The notes beneath the pieces were generated by a model. It worked only from the letters and a program-made list of their open reading frames with translations, did no database searches and was not told where the DNA came from. The translations under genes were made by a program, and so were the position numbers. A stretch of 41,416 bases of DNA from Macrostomum lignano (lineage: Eukaryota), in contig NIVC01004580.1 in NCBI GenBank assembly GCA_002269645.1, positions 1 to 41,416 of the forward strand, written 5' to 3'. Positions within the stretch are counted from its first letter, which is position 1, and every line of letters begins with the position of its first letter. This document shows, in pieces, positions 39,286 through 41,416 of this stretch.

Positions 39286-39368
39286 GTGAGTTGGAAAATT
39301 TTACTCAGCTGCTTTTTTCTTAATCCGAATGGTACTTGAGTAAAGCCAGCTTAATTTACAAATTGCAG

Positions 39369-39497
39369 TTCCCGAATCACCCGCTGGCAATTTATCACGT
39401 GTCAGGCGAGTTCGCCATGCTCTGGCACGGTGCAAGGCTGGGGCCTTTGACTTTAAGCGTATCTCGCTTGAGGTATTTGGTTCTATGCTGCGAGCAG
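39369..39497 (+). CDS. ALAD: ALAD coding exon 6, with an apparent 1-nt deletion near 39434
   Basis: [18 protein letters not shown] is in one frame and [20 protein letters not shown] is in the shifted frame. The exon is 129 nt, but the next exon requires phase 1 (130 nt). Confidence 0.9.
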
Positions 39498-39516
39498 GTG
39501 AGCTCCCGCTGGCTTC

Positions 39517-41125
39517 TGACGGGTGTGTTTATCAGTTGATACAGGTGTTTATCCGTGTCTGACGGGAGTGTTTATCAGTGCGTCAGTGTTGATACAAGTG
39601 TTTATCTGTGTCAGATGGATGTGTTTATCCGTGTCTGATGGGTGTGTTTATTTGTCAGTTGGGTGTGTTTATCCGTGTCAGGTGGGTGTGTTTATCCGTG
39701 TCTGATTTGTGTGTTTATCCGTGTCTGATGGGTCTGTTTATCCGTGTCAGGTGGGTGTGTTTATCCGTGTCTGATGGGTGTCTTTATCTGTGTCTGATGG
39801 GTGTGTTTATTTGTCAGATGGGTGTGTTTATCCGTGTTAGTGGGTGTGTTTATACGCGTCTGATGGGTATGTTTATCCGTGTCAGGTGGGTGTGTTTATC
39901 CGTGTCAGATGGGTGTGTTTATCCGTGTCTGATGGGTGTGTTTATCCGTGTCAGATGGGTGTGTTTATTTGTCAGGTGGGTGTGTTTATCCGTGTCTGAT
40001 GGGTGTCTTTATCCGTGTCAGATAAGTGTGTTTATCCGTGTCAGGTGGGTATGTTTATCCGTGTCTGATGGGTGTGTTTATTTGTCAGATGGGTGTGTTT
40101 ATCCGTGTTAGGTGGGTGTGTTTATCCGTGTCAGACGGGTGTGTTTATCCGTGTCTGATGGGTGTGTTTATTTGTCAGGTGGGTGTGTTTATCCGTGTCT
40201 GATGGTGTGTTTATTTGTCTGATGGGTGTGTTTATCCGTGTCAGATGGGTGTGTTTATCCGTGTCAGATGGGTGTGTTTATCCGTGTCAGATGGGGTGTT
40301 TATCCGTGTCTGATGGGTGTGTTTATCCGTGTCAGATGGGTGTGTTTATCCGTGTCAGATGGGTGTGTTTATCCGTGTCTGATGGGTGTGTTTATCCGTG
40401 TCAGATGGGTGTGTTTATTTGTCAGGTGGGTGTGTTTATCGTGTCAGATGGATGTGTTTATCCGTGTCAGTTGGGTGTGTTTATCCGTGTCTGATGGGTC
40501 TGTTTATCCGTGTCAGGTGGGTGTGTTTATCCGTGTCTGATGGGTGTCTTTATCCGTGTCTGATGGGTGTGTTTATTTGTCAGATGGGTGTGTTTATCCG
40601 TGTTAGGTGGGTGTGTTTATACGCGTCAGGTGGGTATGTTTATCTGTGTCAGGTGGGTGTGTTTTATCCGTGTCTGATGGGTGTGTTTATCCGTGTCAGG
40701 TGGGTGTGTTTATCCGTGTCAGATGGGTATGTTTATCCGTGTCAGGTGGGTGTGTTTATCCGTGTCAGGTGGGTGTGTTTATACGCGTCAGGTGGGTATG
40801 TTTATCCGTGTCAGGTGGGTGTGTTTATCCGTGTCTGATGGGTTTGTTTATCCGTGTCAGGTGGGTGTGTTTATCCGTGTCAGGTGGGTGTGTTTATCCG
40901 TGTCAGGTGGGTGTGTTTATCCGTGTCAGGTGGTGTGTTTATCCGTGTCAGGTGGGTATGTTTATCCGTGTCAGGTGGGTGTGTTTATCCGTGTCAGTCA
41001 GGTGAGTGTGTTTATCCGTGTCCAATGGGTGTGTTTATTTGTCAGATAGTTGTGTTAATTTGTCAGATGGGTGTGTTTATTTGTCAAATGGGTGTGTTTA
41101 TATGTCAGGTGAATATGTTTATCTG
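39517..41125. repeat. 21/23-bp minisatellite (GTGTTTATCCGTGTCAG(A/G)TGGGT), about 70 copies, filling ALAD intron 6
   Basis: GGGTGTG occurs at 39661 and 39684 and continues through the intron. Confidence 0.96.
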
Positions 41126-41149
41126 TATTTAACCCATGTAATTCTTCAG

Positions 41150-41220
41150 GTGCCAACATAATCATCTCGTACGCTACCCCGATGGCGCTGGAGTGGATTC
41201 GTGAGGACAGCCTGGTTTAG
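41150..41220 (+). CDS. ALAD: ALAD last coding exon
   Basis: Reads (G)ANIIISYATPMALEWIREDSLV*, matching the ALAD C-terminus GADIIITYYTPQLLQWL. Acceptor is TTCTTCAG|GT and the stop TAG is at 41218-41220. Confidence 0.9.
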
Positions 41221-41416
41221 AATTGACACTGATGTGTCGCAATATTCAATACGCTGTCTTACTACTAGAAGTAGTGTGTTAAGTGACTATCGATATGATA
41301 AATTATGCATTGTGAAACTGCGTTTCTTCCTGTATTTTTTTAAATACAATTGCTAGTAAAAAATTGTCTTCAATGCAATATTTTAAGTAATGCTCCACGA
41401 AGAGCACCACTTCGAT

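Noticed and set aside
38128-41132. Hydrophobic Cys/Trp/Val-rich ORFs (MVMVCAWADD, VFIRVRWVCLSVSDG)
   Set aside because: They are translations of the intronic 32-bp and 23-bp arrays within ALAD.

Overview
This is eukaryotic (animal) genomic DNA with spliceosomal GT-AG introns. There are no operons, CRISPR arrays or rRNA genes. Three protein-coding genes can be rebuilt exon by exon with consistent intron phases. (1) A DYRK1A/minibrain-class kinase on the minus strand: exons 3299-3834 and 1229-2171, two candidate first coding exons (4122-4203 and 10577-10823), and a 3' end that lies beyond the left edge. (2) A two-exon dienelactone hydrolase/CMBL-like gene on the minus strand (25980-25681 + 22638-22165, 257 aa). 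(3) A seven-exon ALAD/porphobilinogen synthase on the plus strand (34638-41220, about 335 aa) with an apparent 1-nt deletion in exon 6. About a third of the window is made of roughly 14 unrelated tandem arrays (units of 4-70 bp), and these produce most of the long ORFs in the six-frame track. Mobile DNA includes a 2.2-kb solo-LTR-like element with terminal inverted repeats and a target-site duplication (TSD) in the hydrolase intron, a 713-bp hAT-type MITE with an 8-bp TSD in ALAD intron 2, a degenerate RTE LINE 3' end, and several tRNA-derived SINE remnants. The minisatellite-saturated introns suggest a marine invertebrate such as a Macrostomum-like flatworm, but that is an unverified inference. 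I did not find a clearly new multi-gene system. The best leads are regulatory: a sense-oriented LTR promoter with a splice donor inside the hydrolase gene, minisatellites built from transcription-factor motifs inside the DYRK gene, and the ALAD frameshift.
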